56,793 nucleotides of DNA from positions 1 through 56,793 of IMG/VR virus record IMGVR_UViG_3300042509_002617; one strand, given 5' to 3'. The translations under genes were made by a program, and so were the position numbers. This stretch comes from a virus. Its lineage: Duplodnaviria > Caudoviricetes. How positions within the stretch are numbered: position 1 is the stretch's first letter; the number at the start of each line of letters is the position of its first letter. This document shows positions 1-7,846 of this stretch, piece after piece. Under the pieces are notes generated by a model, which worked only from the letters and a program-made list of their open reading frames with translations, was not told the origin of the DNA and ran no database searches.

Positions 1-127
1 GCAGGCCGGTTTACCTGATCCTGTCCGACTACGGCAAAGGGATGTTTGATCGTGGTCTGTGGGCCCACTCGATCCGCGCGTCAGTCAAAGTCGTCGAGAG
101 CTTCGGGGACCCGCACCGGTCGCGGTC
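1..127. repeat. Terminal direct repeat, copy 1 (assembly circularity overlap)
   Basis: 1-127 is identical to 56667-56793, and a reading frame continues across the join. Confidence 0.95.
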
Positions 128-500
128 CTCGATGCGGGAGGCCTCTGAGTTGTTGGGCCGGTGCACGGTTCTGGCACAGGGGACGCAAGACCCATTGTGG
201 CACTCTGGCCTGAGCGATCGGAAGCTCATCAAACGCGGCCATAACGGCATGATGCTGTTCGACGATCTCGGTGCGTACGAATGGAGCCCGCAGCGATTCG
301 GCATGGACCCATCGACCGCGGTCGACACCTGCGGCTGTGGCGACATGGCAATCGCGGCTCTGGCGGTGGCTCGCTCCGAGGGCATGCGCTGGAACGACGC
401 CCTTAAGTTCGCGGTCGCGGCGGCGGCAGAGGAGGCCCTGGTCTGGGGTGCCGTGCCGGTGTCAAGGTCAGTTGTGAACGAGCGTCTGCGTCGGGGTTGA
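1..500 (+). CDS. hldA: C-terminal part of PfkB-family HldA/RfaE-domain-I-like heptose-7-phosphate kinase (starts at 56285, crosses the junction)
   Basis: LILSDYGKG and VDTCGCGD (PfkB DxxGAGD-type) motifs; in frame with the ORF starting at GTG 56285. Confidence 0.8.
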   Translation, partial: RPVYLILSDYGKGMFDRGLWAHSIRASVKVVESFGDPHRSRSSMREASELLGRCTVLAQGTQDPLWHSGLSDRKLIKRGHNGMMLFDDLGAYEWSPQRFGMDPSTAVDTCGCGDMAIAALAVARSEGMRWNDALKFAVAAAAEEALVWGAVPVSRSVVNERLRRG

Positions 501-524
501 CCCCGTGCCGGGATCGGGGAGGAT

Positions 525-1679
525 TTGGGCCGAATGGCCCATTCCCAGAGCCGCCTCCCGGAGACCTTCCAGTGGCCCCAATGTGGTGGTGGTTCGACGA
601 TGACGATTGGTACACGGATGACACGACGTCAGAGATCCAATGTCGGGTTTCAGTTGATTCGGGAGCTGCTCGACCGGCAGCCCGACTTGCCAAGCCGCGC
701 CGCAGCCCGCCGCCTGTACAAGCGAAATCCCGAGGTGTGGCCCAACCTAGAGGCGTGCCGTAGCATGCTGCGGTATTACCGGGGCACGAACGGGAAGAAA
801 ATGCGACGGGAGGTCCGGCAAAAGGTGGCCGACCGCCGCATGGAACAGACTCGCGAACGACGGCAGCCCAAGGAGGTGATCGAGACTCGGACATTCACGG
901 TCCCGTTGCCGACTCCCCACCTGCACGGGATCGACCGGGCCCCCATCCCATGCAACCAGCCGGGAATCTGGGGCATCATGAGCGACATCCACATCCCGTT
1001 CCATGATGCTTCCGCGCTCGAGACCGCCCTGAGTGAGATCGAGAAGGCCAGCCCGGTCGGCATCATCCTGCTGGGGGATGTGGCGGATTTCCACGCGATC
1101 AGCCGATGGGAGCACGACCCCAGGAACAGAGACTTCGAGGGGGAGCGGCAGGCGGTCGTTCAATTCCTGAAGCACCTGCGGGAGCGGTTTCCCACGCAGC
1201 GCATCGTCTACAAATTGGGCAACCACGAGGAAAGACTCGAGCGGTTCATGATGACCAAGGCCCCGGAGCTACTCGGCATGCAGTGCCTGCAATTCCGAGA
1301 GCTGGTCGAGGCGGATTCGTGCGGCATCGAGGTGGTCGGCGACCAGCGGCGGATTGCCCTCGGTCGGCTGACACTGATTCATGGGCACGAGTACCGGTTC
1401 GCGATCTCGAATCCCGTGGGGCCGGCGCGGGGGTTGTTCCTGAAATCCAACACCACCGCCATGTGCGGCCATTTCCACCAGACCAGCCAGTACTCGAAGC
1501 GGGCCCTGGACGACGTGCACCGTGCCTGCTGGTCCCTCGGGGCGTTGTGCCAGCTCGACCCCGAGTACCGGCCGATCAACGAATGGAACCACGGGTTCGC
1601 GATTGTGACGCTGGCGGCGAACGGATCGTTCGAGGTCAGCAACCGTCAACTGGATGAGCACGGGCGCAAGTACGCCTGA
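525..1679 (+). CDS. Calcineurin-like metallophosphoesterase with N-terminal extension
   Basis: SDIH, GDVAD, GNHE, HGH and GHFH motifs; true start may be about 600. Confidence 0.85.
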   Translation: MGRMAHSQSRLPETFQWPQCGGGSTMTIGTRMTRRQRSNVGFQLIRELLDRQPDLPSRAAARRLYKRNPEVWPNLEACRSMLRYYRGTNGKKMRREVRQKVADRRMEQTRERRQPKEVIETRTFTVPLPTPHLHGIDRAPIPCNQPGIWGIMSDIHIPFHDASALETALSEIEKASPVGIILLGDVADFHAISRWEHDPRNRDFEGERQAVVQFLKHLRERFPTQRIVYKLGNHEERLERFMMTKAPELLGMQCLQFRELVEADSCGIEVVGDQRRIALGRLTLIHGHEYRFAISNPVGPARGLFLKSNTTAMCGHFHQTSQYSKRALDDVHRACWSLGALCQLDPEYRPINEWNHGFAIVTLAANGSFEVSNRQLDEHGRKYA

Positions 1680-1713
1680 TTTTTTCGACACTGGTTCAAC
1701 ACTGGAGCAAGAC

Positions 1714-2415
1714 GTGACCAACATTCTGAGACGTGCCGATGCCATCGCGGGGGAGGATCGCGCCCGGGACTATGGCCACCCGAGGGACAACTTCCGGCGG
1801 ATCGCAGATCTGTGGAATGCGTACGTCAGCCACATGCCTGACGATCAGCCGGGGATCACCCCCGAAGACGTCGCGGCCATGATGATTCTCATGAAAATCG
1901 CACGGCAGCAGCACACCCCGAAGGATGACAACTTGGTCGACATCGCGGGGTACGTGAAGTGCTGGGACATGCTGGGGGACGATCCGCAGCCGGTCGACGC
2001 TCCCGGCCCGCTGGAGGTGCAGTCGCTTCGCATGCATGACGACGGGCAAGAGGCGCCCGACCCGGGGTTCTGGTATCTGGCCACGCCGTACCGGGCCTAC
2101 AAGGGGCTACGGGCGTCGGCGTTCACACAGGCCGCGCAGCAGGCCGCCATCTTGAGCGACTCCGGCATCTCGGTGTTCTCCCCGATCGTGCACAGCCACG
2201 TCATCGCCAGCCACACGGAACGACTTGTTGAGGAGTCCCCGGAGTGGATCGATCTCGACATGCCAATGGTTCGCGCAGCCCGGGGAGTGATCGTGTGCAT
2301 GCTGCCGGGCTGGGAACAATCGTCGGGGATCTACAGAGAATGCAACGAGGCGATCAAGCTGGGCAAGCCCGTCATCCACATGACCCCCGACACTATCCCC
2401 GAGGGCCTGAAGTGA
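1714..2415 (+). CDS. Fusion of DUF6378-like (dATP/dGTP diphosphohydrolase-like) and DUF1937-like (nucleoside deoxyribosyltransferase-fold) domains
   Basis: RARDYGHPRDNFRRIADLW...MILMKIAR...DNLVDIAGY, then YLATPY...FSPIVHSH...GWEQSSGIYRE; GGAG at 1704 before GTG 1714. Confidence 0.7.
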   Translation: MTNILRRADAIAGEDRARDYGHPRDNFRRIADLWNAYVSHMPDDQPGITPEDVAAMMILMKIARQQHTPKDDNLVDIAGYVKCWDMLGDDPQPVDAPGPLEVQSLRMHDDGQEAPDPGFWYLATPYRAYKGLRASAFTQAAQQAAILSDSGISVFSPIVHSHVIASHTERLVEESPEWIDLDMPMVRAARGVIVCMLPGWEQSSGIYRECNEAIKLGKPVIHMTPDTIPEGLK

Positions 2416-2900
2416 TGCAGACCCTGGACGAGCTGCGGGACCTGGTGCGGAGCTGGGATGGGAACTACCTCGCGCGAACCAATTTCACCAACGGCTGTTT
2501 CGACCTGCTGCACGTGGGGCACCTTCCTGTGCTCCGGGCCGGGTGCGAATGGGATGGGCGGATGGCCCGGGCGCGGCTGGTGGTCGCGATCGACAGCGAC
2601 CGGCGGTGTGCGTTCCTGAAGGGGTACGACCGTCCGATTATCCCGGCGGCCGAGCGGGCCGAGCTGCTGCTGTCGACTCGGTTCGTCTCGGCCGTCGTGC
2701 AGTTCGACTCGACCGAACAATTGCGGGAGATCCTGACGGTGGTCCGGCCCCATTTCGTGGTGCGGGGCCTCGGGGGGAAGCCTCCGCCCCAACCAGCTCC
2801 GTTCGGCGCGGAACTCGCCCGCCAGGTGCTCTGGGTCGAGACGCCGGACGTGCACACGAGCACGATTGTCGAGCGGATTCGGGCCTCGGGCGACCAGTAA
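2415..2900 (+). CDS. hldC: HldC/RfaE-domain-II-like heptose-1-phosphate nucleotidyltransferase
   Basis: FTNGCFDLLHVGH, LVVAIDSD, LKGxxRPI, ERAELL, C-terminal HTSTIVERI. Confidence 0.85.
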   Translation: MQTLDELRDLVRSWDGNYLARTNFTNGCFDLLHVGHLPVLRAGCEWDGRMARARLVVAIDSDRRCAFLKGYDRPIIPAAERAELLLSTRFVSAVVQFDSTEQLREILTVVRPHFVVRGLGGKPPPQPAPFGAELARQVLWVETPDVHTSTIVERIRASGDQ

Positions 2901-2912
2901 CAGCCCCCTCGG

Positions 2913-2962
2913 AAAAAAATCCAAAAATTCCCCCTTGCAATTCACCCGCAAGCGGGTAAGAT
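2913..2962 (+). promoter_or_regulatory. Sigma70-like promoter with A-tract UP element and a palindrome in the spacer
   Basis: TTGCAA(2935)-16-TAAGAT(2957); ACCCGC-AA-GCGGGT in the spacer. Confidence 0.55.
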
Positions 2963-3026
2963 GCCGATATGAGTTATGTGACTCAGTTTTCACCACCCGC
3001 CAACCCCCTGCCCGAGAGTGATGACG

Positions 3027-3182
3027 ATGACGAATGAACAAGCTACCTCTGAACTGAACGCGGCCGGCGCTAAGCTGGAACGACGGGAAGACCGCAGCGG
3101 AAAAACGCTGGCTGGCTGGTGGCTCGATGGGGTGTTTCTTGGAAAAGATGCACGCACTGCCGCAGAAGGGGTAAGAGGGTAA
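3027..3182 (+). CDS. Hypothetical protein (51 aa, below the ORF-track cutoff)
   Basis: Open frame MTNEQATSEL...GVRG directly after the promoter. Confidence 0.5.
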   Translation: MTNEQATSELNAAGAKLERREDRSGKTLAGWWLDGVFLGKDARTAAEGVRG

Positions 3183-3245
3183 GACGGAAGTTGCCAACCC
3201 CCCGGCATCCCCGGGGGTTCCCCCTGACGATGGAGACGACGAGAG

Positions 3246-3494
3246 ATGAGCCGCATTCGCCTCAGTAACGCGATCGCCCGCCGATATTTTCTGCACGCCG
3301 CCGACATGAATGAAGATGGTTCGCGGTCCTGCTTTTTCGCTCAGCTTCCCCTGGACGACGACGGCTGGGGATTTTGGGTTGAGCCGGATGGAACCATCGA
3401 GGCGGACACCGCACCCTGCAACGGCAATTTGCCGAGCCGGCGAATCGTCGACGCCTGCAAACGGGCAGCAGTGAAATTTCTTGCGACCTGCTAA
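3246..3494 (+). CDS. Hypothetical protein
   Basis: ORF with GGAG/GAGAG upstream. Confidence 0.55.
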   Translation: MSRIRLSNAIARRYFLHAADMNEDGSRSCFFAQLPLDDDGWGFWVEPDGTIEADTAPCNGNLPSRRIVDACKRAAVKFLATC

Positions 3495-3546
3495 CCCACC
3501 CCCGCCCCTCGCACTCGCGGCGGGCTGACTCTTACATGAAACGCCA

Positions 3547-3747
3547 ATGGCCGTTCAAACCAGTCGGTACTGCAAAGCCTGTCGCCGCGCAACGCTACAT
3601 CAGAAATACCAATGGGTCAGTGATGGAATGGGCTGCCTCGTGACAATTGTGTCCGGTGGGCTGTTTCTGTTGCTGTGGTTTCCGTGCATCGTCTGGCAGG
3701 TGCTGTTTCCCAACTGGCGATGCCAGACCTGCGGACGAAGAAACTAA
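3547..3747 (+). CDS. LITAF-like zinc-ribbon membrane protein
   Basis: CxxC, hydrophobic segment, CxxC (CKAC...CQTC). Confidence 0.6.
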   Translation: MAVQTSRYCKACRRATLHQKYQWVSDGMGCLVTIVSGGLFLLLWFPCIVWQVLFPNWRCQTCGRRN

Positions 3748-3752
3748 AGCCA

Positions 3753-3953
3753 ATGACCACCCCCACCCCCTACACCACGGCCCAGGCAGCGGCAGTCCTC
3801 GGGCTCGACACCAGCAGCATCAGGCGACTGGCCAGAAAGCTCAAGCTGGGCCAGCGACTCGGCCGAGACTGGTTCTTCAGCCAGTCCGATCTCGACCGGA
3901 TGCGGTCCCGCCCGTCGCCCGGCAACCCATCGTTTGTTCAGCAGCGTAAGTGA
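3753..3953 (+). CDS. HTH_17/MerR-like DNA-binding protein
   Basis: YTTAQAAAVLGLDTSSIRRLA...GRDWFF. Confidence 0.75.
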   Translation: MTTPTPYTTAQAAAVLGLDTSSIRRLARKLKLGQRLGRDWFFSQSDLDRMRSRPSPGNPSFVQQRK

Positions 3954-4021
3954 GTCCCGATTGACACGACCGCGTCCGCCCCCGTTTAATTTCCAGCGTC
4001 CACTTCCTCGGAGCCCTTCCA

Positions 4022-4300
4022 ATGGTCAAGTTTGCTGCTCTCGCCGGTCTCGTGCTGGGCCTCGGCATCTCGGCTGTCGCCACATATCAGCCTGCCCGCC
4101 AGCCGATCGCAATCCCCCCGCGTGTGGCGCCGTTCGCGACCAACAACGCCCCGCCGGCCAGCGACCCCGACGGCAGTTTCGCGATCGAGGTCGACGGGGT
4201 TAAGTACGGCGCAAACCGGTACGCGAACGACATCCCGTTCTATATGCAGGGCGGCAAGGTCATCTCGATCAACGGCAACGTCTCCAAGATCGGCGATTAG
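4022..4300 (+). CDS. Secreted or membrane-anchored hypothetical protein
   Basis: N-terminal signal-like hydrophobic stretch; upstream TTGACA(3961)-18-TTTAAT. Confidence 0.55.
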   Translation: MVKFAALAGLVLGLGISAVATYQPARQPIAIPPRVAPFATNNAPPASDPDGSFAIEVDGVKYGANRYANDIPFYMQGGKVISINGNVSKIGD

Positions 4301-4479
4301 TTGACGCTCGGCGGCCCGCGTTTGACCCTCTGGCTCTGCTCGTATCGCTCGCGCATCTCGCGGAGCTGCTCACTGGTCGTGATCTTCTGGCACTGCACAC
4401 ACCGGGCCCCCTCGGGCGTTTTCATCGCCAGCGGACACCCGCAGTGGTAGCACGGCCTAGTCTGGAGTTGTGGACTCAT
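4297..4479 (-). CDS. Small zinc-ribbon protein
   Basis: CYHC...CVQC; convergent with 4022-4300. Confidence 0.4.
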   Translation of the reverse strand: MSPQLQTRPCYHCGCPLAMKTPEGARCVQCQKITTSEQLREMRERYEQSQRVKRGPPSVN

Positions 4480-4675
4480 GAATCGGATCTTTCGTCAGGT
4501 GGCGTGGCAGTCATTCCTCTGGTCCGCTCTGGCGGCGGCTGGCGGGTCATTCATGCAACCCGGCATGATCCCGGTGTACGTGCTGTCCCTCGCGGCGGTG
4601 TCGTGTTTGGCCGGTATTCTCGCCCTGCTGAACGCGGCCGATCTGCGGGCCAAAAACCGTAAACTGGACAGTTGA
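4478..4675 (+). CDS. Small two-TM membrane protein
   Basis: Two hydrophobic segments and a basic tail. Confidence 0.45.
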   Translation: MNRIFRQVAWQSFLWSALAAAGGSFMQPGMIPVYVLSLAAVSCLAGILALLNAADLRAKNRKLDS

Positions 4676-4709
4676 CGCCCGTTCCTTGTTGCGTATACTG
4701 ACGGGCGTC
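4672..4709 (+). promoter_or_regulatory. Sigma70-like promoter enclosed by a 9-bp inverted repeat
   Basis: TTGACG(4672)-16-TATACT(4694); GACGCCCGT...ACGGGCGTC. Confidence 0.55.
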
Positions 4710-4807
4710 CAGTGTCGGGAGTCCGGCACACGGTCGCCACCCCCCGCAACCAAGGCGGATCGAGGAATCCGCTGGGTGGCAAGTCTCCAGTTGTGACGGA
4801 GACAGAG

Positions 4808-5038
4808 ATGAAGCGTCGGAAGAGTCTGCAGCAGTGGTTTGTTTTGGACGGCGGCTCGGTGGTATTCGGTCCCACGACCTGTGGTGGGGCTGGCCAGTTC
4901 GCCAGGATCTATGGGGGAGTCGTCGTGGCGACGCAGCCAGACGCGGTTCCCCGGCCCCCAGAGGGCTTCCCAGACGAACCGGGGTACAATCCCCCTCCCT
5001 GGATTGTCGAGTGCCGCAAACGGGCGGCAGCGAGCTGA
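4808..5038 (+). CDS. Hypothetical protein
   Basis: GGAGA RBS; lies between a promoter and a terminator. Confidence 0.5.
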   Translation: MKRRKSLQQWFVLDGGSVVFGPTTCGGAGQFARIYGGVVVATQPDAVPRPPEGFPDEPGYNPPPWIVECRKRAAAS

Positions 5039-5045
5039 CAGCAGG

Positions 5046-5074
5046 CCCCTCGGTGGAACCGGGGGGCTTTTTTT
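5046..5074 (+). terminator. Rho-independent terminator
   Basis: GCCCCTCGG-TGGAA-CCGGGGGGC followed by T7. Confidence 0.75.
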
Positions 5075-5191
5075 GTTGGCAGACCGTTGGTTGACCACAG
5101 CGCCCACCCAATTGACCACCCGTTTTGGACACCGACCGACATGCACCGCCTGAAGTCGATTTTGCTCGGCCCTGGAAACACAGATCAGAAG

Positions 5192-5238
5192 TACTCCCGG
5201 CGTGATTCGAACACGCGACCGACGGATTAGAAATCCGT
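5192..5238 (-). other. attP core: 3' half of tRNA-Arg(TCT)
   Basis: Minus strand ACGGA-TTTCTAA-TCCGT anticodon arm, CGGTC, GCGTG-TTCGAAT-CACGC T arm, CGGGAGT-A; no 5' half; 57 nt past the integrase stop. Confidence 0.85.
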
Positions 5239-5295
5239 TCACCATGCCTCTTTTTCCCGGCGATTCCACAAAGCGCCCACCGGAATGACCACCTG

Positions 5296-6435
5296 TTACG
5301 ACTCCCTGGTCGCATCGTAGGCTCTCCAGATATCTCGGGCCGTGGTGTCGGCGTCGAGGTCGACGTAGTACCGGAGAGTCGTTTCGAGTGACTCATGCCG
5401 CATCAGGGTCTGCAGGATCTGGGGCAGGACGCGGCGGGCCCAGCGGGTACCGAATGACCGACGGAAATCGTGGGCGCTGGCAAACTTCCCCGGGGCCACC
5501 TCCACCCCCGCCATCTGTCCCAGCTCGGTGATCTGCCGCGAGACCCAGCCCAGTGTCGGCCGGGCAGTGAGGTTCCGCTGCCGGGGCCAGGCGAAGACCC
5601 GGCCGGTCCGTTGTTCCGGGGGGACCCCTTGGAGCAGCTCGGCGAACTCCGGGGCCATTGGCAGAACCCGATCGCGGCGGCCCTTCTCGGCTTCGCTGGG
5701 GATGCGGAGGACGGGCCGCTCTGGCGACATGTCGGCACGGATCGACCGCGGATCGTCCCAAGACAGCCCGATTGCCTCATCAAGACGCAGGCCCGACCAC
5801 CAGAGGCCCCGGAGGGCGAACTCCCACGGGACGGCTCTGTCAGCCCCCACCACCTCGGGGAGCTTCGCCAGGATCGCGGCAAACTCGGCATCGGTGATCG
5901 GGCGGCCCTTCATCGCGCGCCCCCTGGAACCAGTCTTGGCGCGGGCGACGGCGGGGAATCGGGGGAGCTGGTCGAGCCAGCCCATCCGGTGAGCCCAGCG
6001 GATCGCCGATCGCAGGTGGCGGAGGTACCCGTCGATCGTCGACTCGGTGCGGGTGCCGTCGCGGAGCTTCGTCAGCCAGGCGGTGATGCTGGCGGCGCTG
6101 ATCGAGTTAAGCGCCGCGGGCCGCATGATCGACTCGTACGAATGGAGGGCGGTCACGTACCAAGGGGCGGTTCTGGGGCTGAGGGTCGGCAGGTGCTGCG
6201 ACAGGAACCGGACGAGGAAGTCCGCCCAGGCCATCCCCCCGAGGTGCAGGCGGGAGCGGTTGAGCAGATCGTCTTCGAGTCGCGCGGCGGCTCGGTCAGC
6301 CTCCCGGCGGACGGCAGTCTCGGCGGATCGCTCAAGCCACCTGTCGGTGCCGGGCTCGCGGTATCGAAGGTAGAAGGACCCGCGGCGCTTGACCCAGAGG
6401 ACCTTGACCCGTGGGGTGGATCGCTGCCTACCCAT
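5296..6435 (-). CDS. int: Tyrosine recombinase (integrase)
   Basis: Catalytic R-K-HxxR-H-Y set: GLRLDE, KGRR, HDFRR, MRH, TLRYY; N-terminal arm-binding-like domain. Confidence 0.95.
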   Translation of the reverse strand: MGRQRSTPRVKVLWVKRRGSFYLRYREPGTDRWLERSAETAVRREADRAAARLEDDLLNRSRLHLGGMAWADFLVRFLSQHLPTLSPRTAPWYVTALHSYESIMRPAALNSISAASITAWLTKLRDGTRTESTIDGYLRHLRSAIRWAHRMGWLDQLPRFPAVARAKTGSRGRAMKGRPITDAEFAAILAKLPEVVGADRAVPWEFALRGLWWSGLRLDEAIGLSWDDPRSIRADMSPERPVLRIPSEAEKGRRDRVLPMAPEFAELLQGVPPEQRTGRVFAWPRQRNLTARPTLGWVSRQITELGQMAGVEVAPGKFASAHDFRRSFGTRWARRVLPQILQTLMRHESLETTLRYYVDLDADTTARDIWRAYDATRES

Positions 6436-6586
6436 TGCGGCCGATGTTCCCGCTGGCGATTGCCACCCCCACGAACAGGCCCAGCAGCGCGGCCCACCCC
6501 CAGCTCATCCCGTTCCAACGGCCGATGAGCGTCACAACGAGCACACAAGCCCAGGCCAGAATCGTGGTCAGTTGGGAGAGCTTCAC
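6428..6586 (-). CDS. Small two-TM membrane protein coupled to the integrase
   Basis: GTG overlaps the upstream stop; stop overlaps the integrase ATG; hydrophobic. Confidence 0.5.
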   Translation of the reverse strand: MKLSQLTTILAWACVLVVTLIGRWNGMSWGWAALLGLFVGVAIASGNIGRNG

Positions 6587-6930
6587 GGCTGGGGCTTTTT
6601 CGGTGCGGGTGCAGACTTTGAGACTTGGATCCCCCGCTTTTTGATGCCCTTCGAGGCTGCTTCGCGGGCGGCTCTGTCGACCATCAAATCCGCCTTCGAG
6701 CGGCGTTGTCCGGCCAGCGCTCGAGTCTGCTCGGTCACCTCGGCCACGAGCCTCGTCGACCACCCCTGCAGCTCCGCCACGCGGCGGTTGAAAATGTTGT
6801 CCCCGTGGCAATTCAGCTCTATCAGGTGATGTGATCGCATCATGGTGGCGACCTTTTCGAGGTCTTGCATGACCTGCGACAGCTCGCGGTGAACTGCCTC
6901 GAACTCTTCGACCGTGCGGTAGGTTCTCAC
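6583..6930 (-). CDS. Hypothetical helical protein, first gene of the leftward operon
   Basis: GGAGAG RBS before GTG 6930; no HTH recognised. Confidence 0.55.
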   Translation of the reverse strand: MRTYRTVEEFEAVHRELSQVMQDLEKVATMMRSHHLIELNCHGDNIFNRRVAELQGWSTRLVAEVTEQTRALAGQRRSKADLMVDRAAREAASKGIKKRGIQVSKSAPAPKKPQP

Positions 6931-6962
6931 GTGACTGTCTCTCCAATGTGTGAAACGGGGAA

Positions 6963-7105
6963 ACCAGTGTTTCCAACTCTGGGACACCCGGAGCAATTTT
7001 CCCCGTTCCCCAAGTCGATAAAAGCCACAAAACGCCAATACCGGACGCAAAGGCGTGTAAAAGTGGCGAAACAGTATTGACAACACTGGTTTCCCGCCCT
7101 ACAAA
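6963..7105. promoter_or_regulatory. Divergent control region with two operator palindromes and a rightward promoter
   Basis: ACCAGTGTT-TCC-AACTCTGGG (6963); AACAGTATT-GAC-AACACTGGT (7070) overlapping TTGACA(7077)-17-TACAAA(7100). Confidence 0.7.
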
Positions 7106-7141
7106 AGTGCCAGGAGTTGCCACCGGAACCGAGTTTTACCA

Positions 7142-7393
7142 ATGAGCACATCAGCGAAACCCCGCACGAGAGCCGACTGGGAACCGATCGATCAGGGTCG
7201 GACCTACACCCGCGAGGCTCTGCGGAAGTGCGGTGTCGGCCCAGGGATTTGGGCGAAGCTGGTCCGCGCAGGGATGCCGGTCGACGTGATCGGAAACCGT
7301 GTGTTTCAGCGGGGGGCTGTGGTCTGCGAGTGGTTGCAGCGGCTGGCGGAGCAAAGCCGCAGCGCCAAGGAGGCGAGTGATTCTGGCCGGTAG
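7142..7393 (+). CDS. Excisionase/winged-HTH-like protein
   Basis: TYTREAL...GVG...GM...GNRVF..G..V.EWL pattern; first gene of the rightward operon. Confidence 0.55.
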   Translation: MSTSAKPRTRADWEPIDQGRTYTREALRKCGVGPGIWAKLVRAGMPVDVIGNRVFQRGAVVCEWLQRLAEQSRSAKEASDSGR

Positions 7394-7441
7394 TCGATCG
7401 CCAAGGACGGCGGTCGGCTACCACCTTTTTCAGGAGCAGTC

Positions 7442-7534
7442 ATGCGGCGCTGGTTGAGCGGACTGTGGATCGAGTTGGCCGTCATCCTGTTGGGGGCCAC
7501 CGTTGCGTTTGCGTGTGAGGCGTTGAATCAGTGA
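7442..7534 (+). CDS. 30-aa hydrophobic peptide
   Basis: AGGAG RBS; MRRWLSGLWIELAVILLGATVAFACEALNQ. Confidence 0.45.
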   Translation: MRRWLSGLWIELAVILLGATVAFACEALNQ

Positions 7535-7635
7535 GCGGCTCTGGCTGGTGTAGTTGGTTGCTGCGCCAGACTGGGGAAGGGCCACACCTGCGGTGGTGAG
7601 AGAACCGGAGCCCGGCGGTTGCAGGCGGGCAATCT

Positions 7636-7700
7636 GGATTGCGGAGGTCCGGCCAGTGTTCCAATCCCACTGGTGGCGGGTTCGAGTCCCGTCAAATCCT
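7636..7700 (+). ncRNA. tRNA-like element 1 (degenerate, no D arm)
   Basis: GGATT/AATCC acceptor; GCGGG-TTCGAGT-CCCGT T arm; CCAGTG/CACTGG stem with 9-nt loop. Confidence 0.45.
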
Positions 7701-7702
7701 CT

Positions 7703-7815
7703 GGATCGGCGGAGTACCTGGTGGTGCTCAGCAAGTTTGTACAGCCGACTGGTGAATCGACCACGAAGTGAAGCAACTGAACCAGTCCAAGCAGGTTCGA
7801 TTCCTGCCCGATCCA
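7703..7815 (+). ncRNA. tRNA-like element 2 (expanded anticodon region)
   Basis: Perfect GGATCGG/CCGATCC+A acceptor; GCAGG-TTCGATT-CCTGC T arm; GAGTAC/GTGCTC D-like stem; GACTGGT/ACCAGTC stem with a large loop. Confidence 0.6.
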
Positions 7816-7846
7816 CTGCGGAATTCCCCGCACTTTGGGAGCAAAC

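Noticed and set aside
497-763. 88-aa ORF with WWWFDDDDW
   Set aside because: It overlaps the phosphoesterase frame and has low-complexity composition; it cannot be supported, although the GTGA-like coupling to the kinase stop leaves some doubt.
5192-5238. A complete tRNA-Arg gene
   Set aside because: The 5' acceptor strand and D arm are missing, and the position beside the integrase indicates attP.
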